Part shown: positions 1 to 10,107 of the stretch, piece by piece | Position numbering within the stretch: the first letter of the stretch is position 1 | Layout: each line of letters opens with the position of its first letter | Source: Azolla caroliniana | Taxonomy: Eukaryota; Plantae; Polypodiophyta | Assembly (NCBI GenBank): GCA_043228905.1 | Contig: JBHGNT010000002.1 | Span: forward strand, 7,936,001 to 8,000,000 | Direction of reading: 5' to 3' | DNA: 64,000 bases | Made by a program: the position numbers and the translations under genes | The notes under the pieces: generated by a model | Databases searched by the model: none | What the model was told of the DNA's origin: nothing | What the model saw: only the letters and a program-made list of their open reading frames with translations

Positions 1-1620
1 TTTTATGGGTTGAATACTTGTTTCCAAGATCATAACCTGGTAAGAGGTAGTGCATGTAACTCCTAATTGCCTCTTAAAAAATATCTTTTGAATTTTTTCA
101 ATGTCAATCCATGCATTAAGAGAGATGGCATCACCCCATACTTCTGCTCCATAAAGCAATACATGAGTTATCATGGCATTGAACAACATTAGTTTTACTT
201 CACATCCAAAAGTATTACTTTGGTTGCATTGGTTCTCCAAGAGGTAATGCGATTTCTAACCGGCTTGGCACCTAAAATCAAAGCATGCACTCCATTTATT
301 TGTGGTAGGTACATCAATATCAAGATATTTAAAGCTTTGAACAAATTCTATATGTTCACCTCTATATGTGAGCATAGGGTAATGATGAGGTTGAATGGTT
401 TGCACTACCATCATTTTTGTTTTCTCTACATTCACTACTAGTCCACTAATATGGCAAAAATCTTCTAGTACCCCAAGAAAATGTTGCATAATATCAACAT
501 CATATGAGAAGAGTGCCACATCATCTATGTTGAGAATCAAGCTCAACCTAGTCTAGTGTGTGAACACACCTTTTGAGAATGTATTCAAGCATTCAAAGGT
601 CAAAAGTCACCACTACTTTCTACCCATTAACTATGTGTCATAGAATCATATTTTTTGACACATAACTAAAGAGTTTCCACATTCCCCACAACCCATGAGC
701 TCCTATAATTCTATTGAGAGAGTGGGTGCTTTAGTGAGTTAATGAAGAGAGAGGGTAACCTTATATAAAGCACCCTCCTCCTACTCTATAAGAGTCAATT
801 GCTCTCCAGGACCTTATAATGCTATATTTTTACTTGGTATTCTTCTTGTTAATATATATTATCTTGAGTAATTCATTCCTCTCAGCTATCTATCTTGTGT
901 TCCTCTCCTCTCTTCTCCTCTTTTCACACACACACATAATACACATCTCTTCTGGTGCACAGAATCATATCTGATTCTTTATAATCTGCATATAAAAGCA
1001 ATAGGATAATATGTGCATCAATTTGGCAACATTGAATCCTTCTTCCCTTGCAACCTTATTCACCACTTCTTCTAATTTATCAATACATAAGCCAAAGAGT
1101 GTGGGTGATAGTGGACATCCTTGCTTGACCCCCATGTTACTTAAAAAAGGCTTTGAGAATCCACTATCTAGTTTTAGTTGGCATTTAACTTGTTCATATA
1201 GCTGTGTAACAGCAACTCGGTACTTTAATGGCATGTCAATCTCTACCAATTCTATTTCTAATCTCACTTTGTGGTACGTATCAATAGCTTTCTTGAAATT
1301 AACAAAACAATAAATTGTTTTTCCGTGTAGTCGACTCTCTTCCATGATTACTCTCAATGTGACCAAATGATCCATGGTGGAGTGTTTTGGTGTAAATCCT
1401 ACTTTCCCAAGAGCTCTTTTGCTTGTACTTTCAGCCCATGTGCTTATCTTTTGCTCCATAATAGTGTTATATAATTTAGCAATAGTTGAGCTCACCATTA
1501 TTGTACTAATTTGATACTTGATTCTTATCTCCGTCTTGAAATATTGGTTTAATTAATTTCATAAGCTAATCATTTGGAAATCCTTGTTTTATAGCTTGCT
1601 CTATAATTGTCATTATCTTT
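1..1620 (-). mobile_element. Degenerate non-LTR retrotransposon (LINE, RTE/L1-like) reverse transcriptase, split by a solo LTR at 528-983
   Basis: Minus-strand translations give RT motifs in order: GFP..IKPIFQDGDKN..TIMVS, FVNFKKAID, GVKQGCPLSPTLF, then YAD|DVAL across the LTR, then GLVVNVEKTK and FKYL. Frameshifts and stops are present. Confidence 0.85.
528..983 (+). mobile_element. Solo LTR, copia family A (TGTTGAGAATC...GATTCTTTA[C/T]A)
   Basis: Termini and internal blocks match the LTRs at 54211-54612 and 59365-59764. Flanked by ATCTA (523-527) and ATCTG (984-988), a 5-bp TSD with one mismatch. Confidence 0.85.
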
Positions 1621-1624
1621 TATT

Positions 1625-2770
1625 TTTAGTAACAGTTTTATTACTAGTGGGAGACCTCAAAGTGAGGTAAAAACCTACAAAGAATAAAAATATATATACA
1701 AGTGTCGATTAAACACTAAAGAGATTAAAAGCACTCAAAGTAAAGATTGTAAATTTGCAATGTGGTGTCTCTAAGTTGCAGACAATCAAAAGAAGATTGC
1801 TTAAAGAAGTTAATTCAAGCATATGGTTTTGATCAAAGACCTTATTATTGCAGGCTATCTGAATGGTCTAGACTGCGCAAAATTGTGTCCATTGGAGAAA
1901 ATAGGCATTGTTGGATAGGACACATGAAATTTGTCTAAATATCCAAAAGTGTTTCCCAAACCTTCCGCCAGGAAATTTGTGATAAAGAGACTGAGTCTGT
2001 ACAAATGTTGTAGTGAATGAGCAAGTCCATAATAAGTGTGGAACCATTCCAATCTTCCACCACATCTTGCACAATGTGGCGAGGCTATCGATCTCTTTTG
2101 AAGATTCGACCCAATCGAGACCACACCCAATAGGCATCTCCATAGAAATACTCGTTGTTTAAGTGGAAGACCAGAGCTCCATAAGCTTGTAATTCTGTTT
2201 TTCTACTAGGACTACGTTTTGTGTGGGTTTCATAATGCTTCGTATGTTCGTGAAACCACGGGATAGGTTGCAACAACATATACATTGAATGTGTTGTAAT
2301 TTTATTCATTTGATTAACAATGTTCCCTTTTTGTAACATCTAGTCATGAATCTTGCGATCTCCATCTAGAGGTGGCACAAATACCAAGGAAAGTACCAAC
2401 TATGTGACTTGATTCTCGATAACGCGGTGATGTGGCCCAAGATTATAATGACATTTCATGTCATTGAAATGCAATAAGTGACCTTGGTCATTTACCACAT
2501 CTGCAATTGATTTTAGCCCCTTCTTTGCTAAAAAATAAGCTTTCCTAGGCTCTTCTTCAGCTAGTGATTGTGGGAATATAACACTCCGATGTGAGCTTTC
2601 AAGGCATAAAGAGTTCCCTAATTCTAAATTCCTACCTTTCCATTTTACATGGTGCAATACTTCCAACGCTTTAGAAGCTTTGAGCTAAACGGACAGCCTT
2701 TGATGTGCCCTTGAAGCTAGGTTGCATATGCTGCTTTCCCACTCGCCATCTTCTTTATTCCCTTATTGAC
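1625..2770 (-). mobile_element. 5'-truncated L1-like LINE 3' end (zf-RVT-like region), apparently inserted in the other LINE
   Basis: Fragments such as HCARCGGRLE..PHLLWTCSF and KKGLKSIADVV resemble the L1 ORF2 C-terminus. There is an A-rich 3' end near 1625 on the minus strand. Confidence 0.55.
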
Positions 2771-3060
2771 ATCATCACTATTGATACATGTAATGCTTGG
2801 TGTTTCAATTTTCTAAACCATAGGAGCCACACCTTCATGCATATATAGCCTTTGTACATAGTTTAACATCTCTTCATTTGTAAAGTGACCGTTCACATCT
2901 TCTTTCTTACCCTTGAGTTGTCCCCATGCTAATCTTGGATTGAATTTTATGGATTGTAAGGAACAATATAATCATGCCTAATCCCATACATTTGGTAAAA
3001 TTTTGTCCATTCTTATTGTACTTATTTTGCTTTGAAATTGATTCTCCACATAGGATTTAT
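2770..3060 (-). mobile_element. Upstream continuation of the LINE ORF2 at 1-1620
   Basis: Minus frame reads KFNPRLAWGQLKGKKEDVNGHF..., resembling the linker upstream of LINE RT. Boundaries are approximate. Confidence 0.4.
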
Positions 3061-3805
3061 AAATTATTAAGGCATTAAAGGCTCTAGATTTTGGCTTCAA
3101 AAAAGTATAGAATTGTAAATCTTGTCCAATCACACTCATCTCTATTTTATAGTATGTTACAAAATGTCAAATATATGTTGTTTTTCAATATCCCACACTT
3201 ATCTCTATTCTATACAACGAATGTAAATGCCTACTTAGTTGTTGAACTACATCTATAAGTGACAAGAAATCTATAAAAGCAAGCAAGGAATCTTAGAACT
3301 CCCATTTGATCCTAAGGGGGTTTGATTCTATTGCTTTCCTACCATCCACTCAAAAGCCAACTTATTCACCAAGTTTTGGATGTATAGATTATTCTAGGCA
3401 TTGACAACCTTCAACATCTTTTGAATCTTCGTTAACACCAAGTTCAACGCCCCTACAACGATCCCAAAAAGGGCATCCACATTTTGGCTTCTCTATGTTT
3501 GCATAGCTATTGTGATAAAAATTATCACAACTACCAACCATTTAAGACCATCGTTCCCACCAGCTAAACATACCTCTATATTTGTATTTCTTCAATGTTT
3601 TTTCCATGAATTAGTGGATGGTATGAAATCTAGCTTAATATTGTTTTTGTTGCAATATTACAAGTTCTATTCTAGTTATATGTCCTCATTCACAGTTTCC
3701 TATTCTAGTTATGTCCTCATTCACGTTGAAACTGTTACTATGTACAAAGATTACAAATAAGTTACCTTAACCTTAAAATTTTAATAATATCTTAATTATT
3801 ATACA

Positions 3806-6028
3806 TCATTTCCTCATATCTTTATTAGAGGAAATTATCATTTCAAATATGAATTGTATAGACAAAAACACAAGTACAATACATATCACAGTAACTCGTG
3901 ACCATGAGAAATCAGGCAACGTAAACCCTTCCAAAAGGAATATGGTCAATACAAAAATCAAGAAGATATATAGACTCTTCCTAGATCTACTTTCCAACGA
4001 GGACTTGGTGATCCAAGCAATATTTTTTACCTCATTTAATATGGCCTTCTGCTCCTCTGGACTTCGATCTTTCCATCGTTTTGATGGTTTATACAATGCT
4101 TTGAAAAATAAGCCTTCACTTCGAGCAACTTCTAATCTCTTCTCAAATTCGTCAAGCTCATGTTCTCTTGCTTCAATATCTACACGAGAGGAGGCTAGTT
4201 GCTCCTCAAGTACTTGAATATTTTCATCGACATCCTTTATGGTCTGGAAAGAAAGGGTACATAAAATGAATATCCAAAATATCTTCTATACCCTCTTAAA
4301 CCTAACATATATACAATGAATCGGATAAAAACTGATATCCTTTCCAAAAACAGGTCATAATATCATAATTTTGAAAAACAAATTATGCAAGAAAATCATA
4401 TTAGGTTGGTGTTTCTATTTGGGATATAAATTTAAAATTTAAAATTCATGTGTTTCACAATCATATACATTTATGTCATTTATGGGAAAACTAGAAAAGA
4501 GAGTTTCCCATGCACTAATTGCATATCTAGATGAAAACTAGAAAAAATGAATCATGAAGAATGGCAAAGTATCCATCACTAGGGCTTTTTTCTAGGGTAT
4601 TGATCCCATGTCACCATTTCCAGAATTAGAATTGGTACATAACATCTCCCCCTCATGGTGAGATATTAACACAAAGTTGATGATTTGAAAGCTAATTATT
4701 CAGCCATCTTACACCTTAACATGTGCTTACACGGAGGGACATGTCTTTCACAAAAACATAAACAAAGAATGTTTGGTTACAATTATTTTGCAAAGCCCCC
4801 TACCGTCTTTAATTATTTCTAATTAATCTTTTTCCTATGCAATTATGGCTTTCTTAACCTTGACTAATCATTGTTTGTAACCCATACATAGTCCTTAATG
4901 CACAAATTGCATTTCTCGATGCTTGGGGAGAGTTTGAAATGTACCAAAACATTGTAGTACATGTCGCCAAAGACTTGGTGGGAAAATTTGTTCTCACCAC
5001 GAGTCTAAATTATAGCATTGTGCAAAACCTAAAGCAAAATGTTCTATTGTATTGTGTAACAAAATTATCACTGTTCTCTCTTCAGTTCAAATGTCTCATA
5101 AGGAGTTTCTAGCATAAATTTCACAAATAAGATCGCGATGCATTTGAGCTCTCTCCAAAGTAACGCTCATACATACAGATTAATTCTCTTATTTTTAGGC
5201 TTCAAAAGAAAAATCTTAATCAGCTTATTTGTTCTCTACACAAATTCGAACAAAAAAACAATTTGATATGTTCTAAAATTGTATATAAATAAACCCCAAC
5301 CTAAAATTGTTCTTATTAAATATTTGGATAAGAAATTCAGTGGGAATGACCATAGGTTTTTGCTATTTCCAAAATGCCCCCAGTCAAGCATCCCAGAGAA
5401 AATTGGTATGAATTGATCATATTAATTGCTCAAATAACACATGTGCTCGAATTCCTGCCAAATAAAAACTGGGGCTGATGATGGAGTATTCCCATCAGAT
5501 AACAGAAACATGGGGGCATTCGGGAAATAAAGAAAAGCTCAGGAGGTATTCTCAGCTTTTTCCAACACAGAAAATGCATTAGCTTAAAGAAAGAAGCTTT
5601 AAAACATTTCAAACAAACAAAGAAGCAAAGAATCACTGAGCAGAGAACCTTAGCAAGAAATTTAAAAAAAAAATTATTGAATTTGAAGGATCCATGGCTT
5701 TTTTGCTTGAGCATACCTTAGCACTAGCTTCGTCCAGACATCGGAGAGCATCAGAAGTAATACGATCGGATTCTTCCATAGCTTCATCAGCGATTCCTTG
5801 AAGAAACCTCGATCTTTCCTCCACGAAATCAGAGACCCTAATTTTCCCTGTCTCTAAGCGTATTATCTCGACAAGTTTCTTCTGCACATCGGGATCTCCC
5901 GAGGAGGAGGAGGAAGAAGAAGAAGACAGAGATCTTGCCAGAACAGAGGAATAGCTATGGCGCCTGGTAGACGAGAAATGATGAAGACGAGGTGTGAATG
6001 GTGGGCGAATTAGAGCGAGAGGATCCAT
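3806..6028 (-). CDS. Uncharacterised plant protein (~249 aa) with putative plastid transit peptide, acidic coiled region and two C-terminal TM segments; exons 6028-5717 and 4243-3806
   Basis: ATG at 6028 (MDPLALIRPP, Ser/Arg-rich N-terminus), phase-0 donor AAG|GT at 5717/5716, acceptor CAG| at 4244/4243. The spliced frame is open: ...DEASAK|TIKDVDENIQ...RSEGLFFKALY...LYIFLIFVLTIFLL...VTVICIVLVFLSIQFIFE. From memory it resembles a conserved land-plant family (AT3G09050-like); not verified. Confidence 0.85.
5342..5562. mobile_element. MITE-like element in intron (same family as 33228-33457)
   Basis: Imperfect inverted arms TATTTCCAAAATGCCCCC / GGGGGCATTCGGGAAATA. Internal ATGAATTGA..TATTA.TTGCTCAA is shared with the copy at 33.2 kb. 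Confidence 0.5.
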
Positions 6029-6297
6029 CTCTCTGTTCTGATTATTATTATTATTATGAATTATATATAATAACATACTGTTCTTCTCCTTATCTCCTTC
6101 TTCATCTTCTTAGATTCATGACTCATGACTCATGAGACATTATTAAGAATCTAAGAAGAAGGAAGGATACACACACAATCACATATCTCAATAGGTGCCG
6201 GTATTTCTACGAATACTTTTCCATTCATCACTTTCCGGCGATCATTAATCTATCCCGTTCTACTATCACACAAATGTGGATACAACTTAGAAAGAGT

Positions 6298-6315
6298 AAC
6301 CCTAAACCCTAAACC
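6298..6315. promoter_or_regulatory. Telo-box-like repeat (AACCCTAAACCCTAAACC) ~270 bp upstream of the plastid-protein gene
   Basis: About 2.5 plant telomere units in the putative promoter. Telo-boxes are established plant promoter elements; function here is inferred. Confidence 0.4.
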
Positions 6316-7099
6316 GGTTTGAAGTGTGAGCCCGACCCAAGATGTCAATGACAAGGTGAGCCTATCAGAGATTGGATGCCCATAATAGGAAACGTACACG
6401 GAAATTGTTTCGCTTACAAAGCTCGAACATGGCTTTGTGGTTGCAAAGTCTCCAATGTCTGCTTGAAAATCTTTGAAGCTAGAAAGAGCGAGAAATAATA
6501 ATAAAAAATGGATATGATGATGTTAACATGTAATTCATTGTGATCAAGCCAGACAATATTATCCTTTGTAACCATTGCAATCTCACCCCCCATCCTAGCT
6601 TCCAGTTTTGGTTCTTGAACTTTTTCTAGTGCTCCTTACACAAAATGTTTTGAAGTGTGGATAGCATTGTATATGTTTTGTCATGCTTGACCTTCAATAC
6701 CCTAAAACATCAACACATGCTAGAAGACTAGTTCAAACCAAATGTTTTGTGAAGATTGAACATATCTCATGTTGATTTTAGGATATAGGTCATGAAATTG
6801 GGGGATATTTTGGTAAATATCAAAATTGAGGCGTATTTAGATGTTTTCCTTAGATTTTAAATTGGTGTTCAATTCTAAAAAGGGATGGATTCCAATATTG
6901 TGGATAAAAGGATCCATTACATTTTTAATAATGTTCATATCTTATATTATTATTACAATTTATTTATTTATTTTATTCCCTCACATAGTATGACAAGTTT
7001 CTTTACATCTTCGCCTCAATTGGATTACGATGAGCTTCTTTCTTGCTTCAATGATTGAGTGTGTCTTGTTGTTAATGGTATTTGAGTAAACATTGTCAA

Positions 7100-8250
7100 C
7101 CTCAAGTAGGCTAATACTAAACTGTTATATTGATTAGTATGTGGGCGTTAGAGAAGATTGAGCATCACTTTACTCGAGAGACATATGTAATTCAAGGATC
7201 AGTGGTAGTGTCTTTCGTCTACAATCAAATGTTTATATTCAAAGACGAGGAGATTTGTTGAGTAAATCCAAATGTATTGACATAATGATAATATTTACCA
7301 TCCCTCACATTCCTTGGATCTTTAAACTAAATTATTCAGTACCTAGACCTCGGTTACCTCAATTCTTAGAGTTGCTCAAGGATAAGATCAAGATGAAAAT
7401 CTTCGTGCTCTTCTAATGCACAATACTCCAACTGATGGTTCACCTTTCCAAGAAAGTTAGTTCTATATGATTCATTCAAGATACGAATTGATGGTCATAA
7501 TATCACAGTAAAGAAAAATTTGATTCGGTTGGTTCAAATATGTTCTCTATCTAAAGGAATGAAAATTTCAATTCCCCATGTAATGAATGCAATGTTTTAT
7601 GAGCAAAATGCTACATGAGTACATTCCAAATGTAACTATGCCATTTTTAGATAATATTCCTATTGAAGGATGCTTAGAAAGAGGGAAATATGAGATTATG
7701 GATTGAAATGGATGTCAAAGTTTTGTGATATATAACACTAATGATTGTGAATGCATTTTGAAGATGGGTACAATTGAAACTCTCAAGAAAAAATATCGAT
7801 CTTTTAGCAAAATGAAGTTTTGATAATTAATCATATGTGTGGCTGGTAAAGGAGAAAGCCTTCACTGATCAAAATTAATCTAATTCAAAATATGGAAGAA
7901 TTTTGTGAATTTGTGATAGAGATGAGCAAGTTTTGGGTGCATGTGTTTTTTATCATATTTGGTTGTCACAATTTACATGTCTGAGATCCACTCTACCAAC
8001 TTTTAAGAAAAGGGACGAAGTATTGTTCGACAATTGAAAGGAGCATTAGTAAAAACGAAGGTTCTTCGCCAACCATTTACTGACGCAAAAGGCCCATTAT
8101 AGTGATGACAAATGCTAGCCTAATTGGGATCAACTAGGCTATTAACCAAGAAGAAGACCAACATCAATAGGTTATCAAGTTTGGAGCAAAGATATTAAAT
8201 TATAAGCAAAGAACTTATGCACAATTTAAGTGAGAAATGTGACATTTCCT
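7100..8250 (+). mobile_element. Highly decayed Ty3/gypsy RT-RNase H remnant
   Basis: Broken frames read IPHIPW, LLKDKIKMKI..SNAQYSN.WFTFP, VTMPFLDNIPIEGC (RT catalytic region), RPIIVMTNASLIGI, and FGAKILN..QRTYAQFK. Confidence 0.65.
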
Positions 8251-8507
8251 TACTACATTTAAAATACATAGGGATTGCTTAATTGAACTGATATCTTGGT
8301 TGAACCAAATTGTTGTCATTCATTAGAATGATATCAAATTGCATGACACCAAATATTGAAATGCGTTGGTGGATTGTATACATCAAAACCATGATTCCAT
8401 AATTGTAGGATATAAAAGGCCCAGAGAAACTAGTTGTATACATGTTATCAAGAGCAAGGTTTATGAATGAAGAGAGATGATGCAAATTGAAGATGAGAAT
8501 TTGGAAA

Positions 8508-9439
8508 TGTAAAGAATCAGGTATGATTCTGTGTAGTGGAAGAGGTGTGTGTGTGTTGGGGAGAGAGAGGGAGAGAAGACAAAGAGTACGCAGAAAAATA
8601 ATAAATTGTATTAACAAGAGAATAAAACAACCAACAAATACAAAGAAGAGGAGAAGGTGCTTATGTAGTCACCTTCTCTCCATGTTCTCTTACTACAACC
8701 ACCTCTTGGGAAAGAGGTGGAGACTTAACTACCTAGTAACTATGTGTCATAGGACTTAACTTCTATGACACCTTAGTTATGATACAAAGTAGTGGGGTGT
8801 TCACACAATTAGATATTCCTAAGATGAGTTCCCACACTAGGGAAGTTGAGTTTGATTCTCAACATGCCCCTTCAAACGCAACTTCCGGTCACCCGATAGC
8901 CAACTTGGGTCTGGACTGGTCTTTGGGTCGGCTTTGGTAGTCAGCTTCGGCTTCAATTTTGGATCTCCGACTCACTCTACTCCGTCCAGCTTCATGTCAG
9001 GCGACGACTTCTTACTCCCACTCAAGCTTGGCTAGTTGGCAGTCGAAAGTCCGAGGTCCGTCGTGAATTGTCGCAACTTGTTGGCTCCTTGGGCCTTCCT
9101 GAAGATGTTAGTCGTCTGCAGGTTGGTGTTGATGTGTTGTAGGTCAACGTCTCCAGCCAGGATACGTTCTCTGATGAAATGGCAGTGCACCTCGATGTGC
9201 TTACTCCTAGCATGGAAAATTGGGTTTCGAGCTAGGTGAATATTGCTCATGTTATCGCGGTAGAGGAGGATGAAATCTTTGATGGAGACGTCCAGATCCT
9301 TGAGAATCCTCTTATATGGCTTCTCAGGTTGTCACGATTGTGCCCTCGTATTCTACCTTTGTGCTCAACAGTGCGACTATCAGCTGCTTTTTGCTACTCC
9401 ACGATACGGCTCCGTTGCCAGGGGAGAAGATGAATCCGG
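8508..9439 (-). mobile_element. Copia family A 3' fragment: RNase H end, spacer, PPT and 3' LTR (8508-8864); continues at 12671-12985
   Basis: SWSSKKQ..AQKVEYE..ARNPIFHARSKHIEVHCHFIRE. LTR reads TGTTGAGAATC...GATTCTTTACA on the minus strand. Confidence 0.85.
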
Positions 9440-9982
9440 TGTCGTGCCTTTCGGCTCCGGATCGTTTGCGTGAGTCGGGTGGGAACCACCGAGGTTTTGG
9501 ACTAGGAGGAGGAAGAATTTGAGGCTAATCTTGTGAATCCCACAAGTATTACATTAATCAATATTTATGTAAGAATATGAATTTAGATTGAAAGAGATAG
9601 ATTATCTTAAACTTCGTGAATCCCACGAGTATATTTTATTAATTGGTGTTTTAGGAAATATATCCAATTTCCCAAATATTTCACACACCTATTACATTGT
9701 GCTCCCCATCCTTATATAGTGATGGGAGAGACTAAGCATAGCTACATGCTTTTTTCTAATATGTTCATGCACACTAAATGTGCATGTGATGCTTTTCTAA
9801 TCCTTGCCTTTATTTGCTAAATATAGTGCTCATGCACGCTAGATGTGCATGAGTCACTTTTTAGTTGCTTGCGTTTTTCTATAAAATATTCACGCACTCT
9901 AAAAATGCATGATTTACCTTTTAATAAAGGTAGGCGCAAATAAAGCACTTATAGTTATTAAATCTATTTATAGAACACTAAA

Positions 9983-10053
9983 GATAAGGTAGCATAATGG
10001 TAAAGTTGAGGTTTGGCTACGTGGAGGTACAGGGTTCGAATCCTGCCCTATGC
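9983..10053 (+). promoter_or_regulatory. tRNA-like Pol III internal promoter (A and B boxes) inside the LTR; decayed copy at ~12498-12568
   Basis: A box TAGCATAATGG 9990-10000, B box GGTTCGAATCC 10033-10043 within a CAGG/CCTG stem, tRNA-like spacing, T-run at ~10079-10082. Confidence 0.6.
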
Positions 10054-10107
10054 ACGTGATAAATATCTTGATATATTATTTTATTTATTTATATGTAATT
10101 AAATCGG

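Noticed and set aside
5633-6076. Single-exon 147-aa ORF as given
   Set aside because: Reads through the splice donor at 5716. The upstream ATG adds an implausible Asn-rich leader, so ATG 6028 is preferred.
9983-10053. Functional tRNA gene
   Set aside because: D and anticodon arms do not pair and the acceptor stem is imperfect. Kept only as a tRNA-like promoter module.
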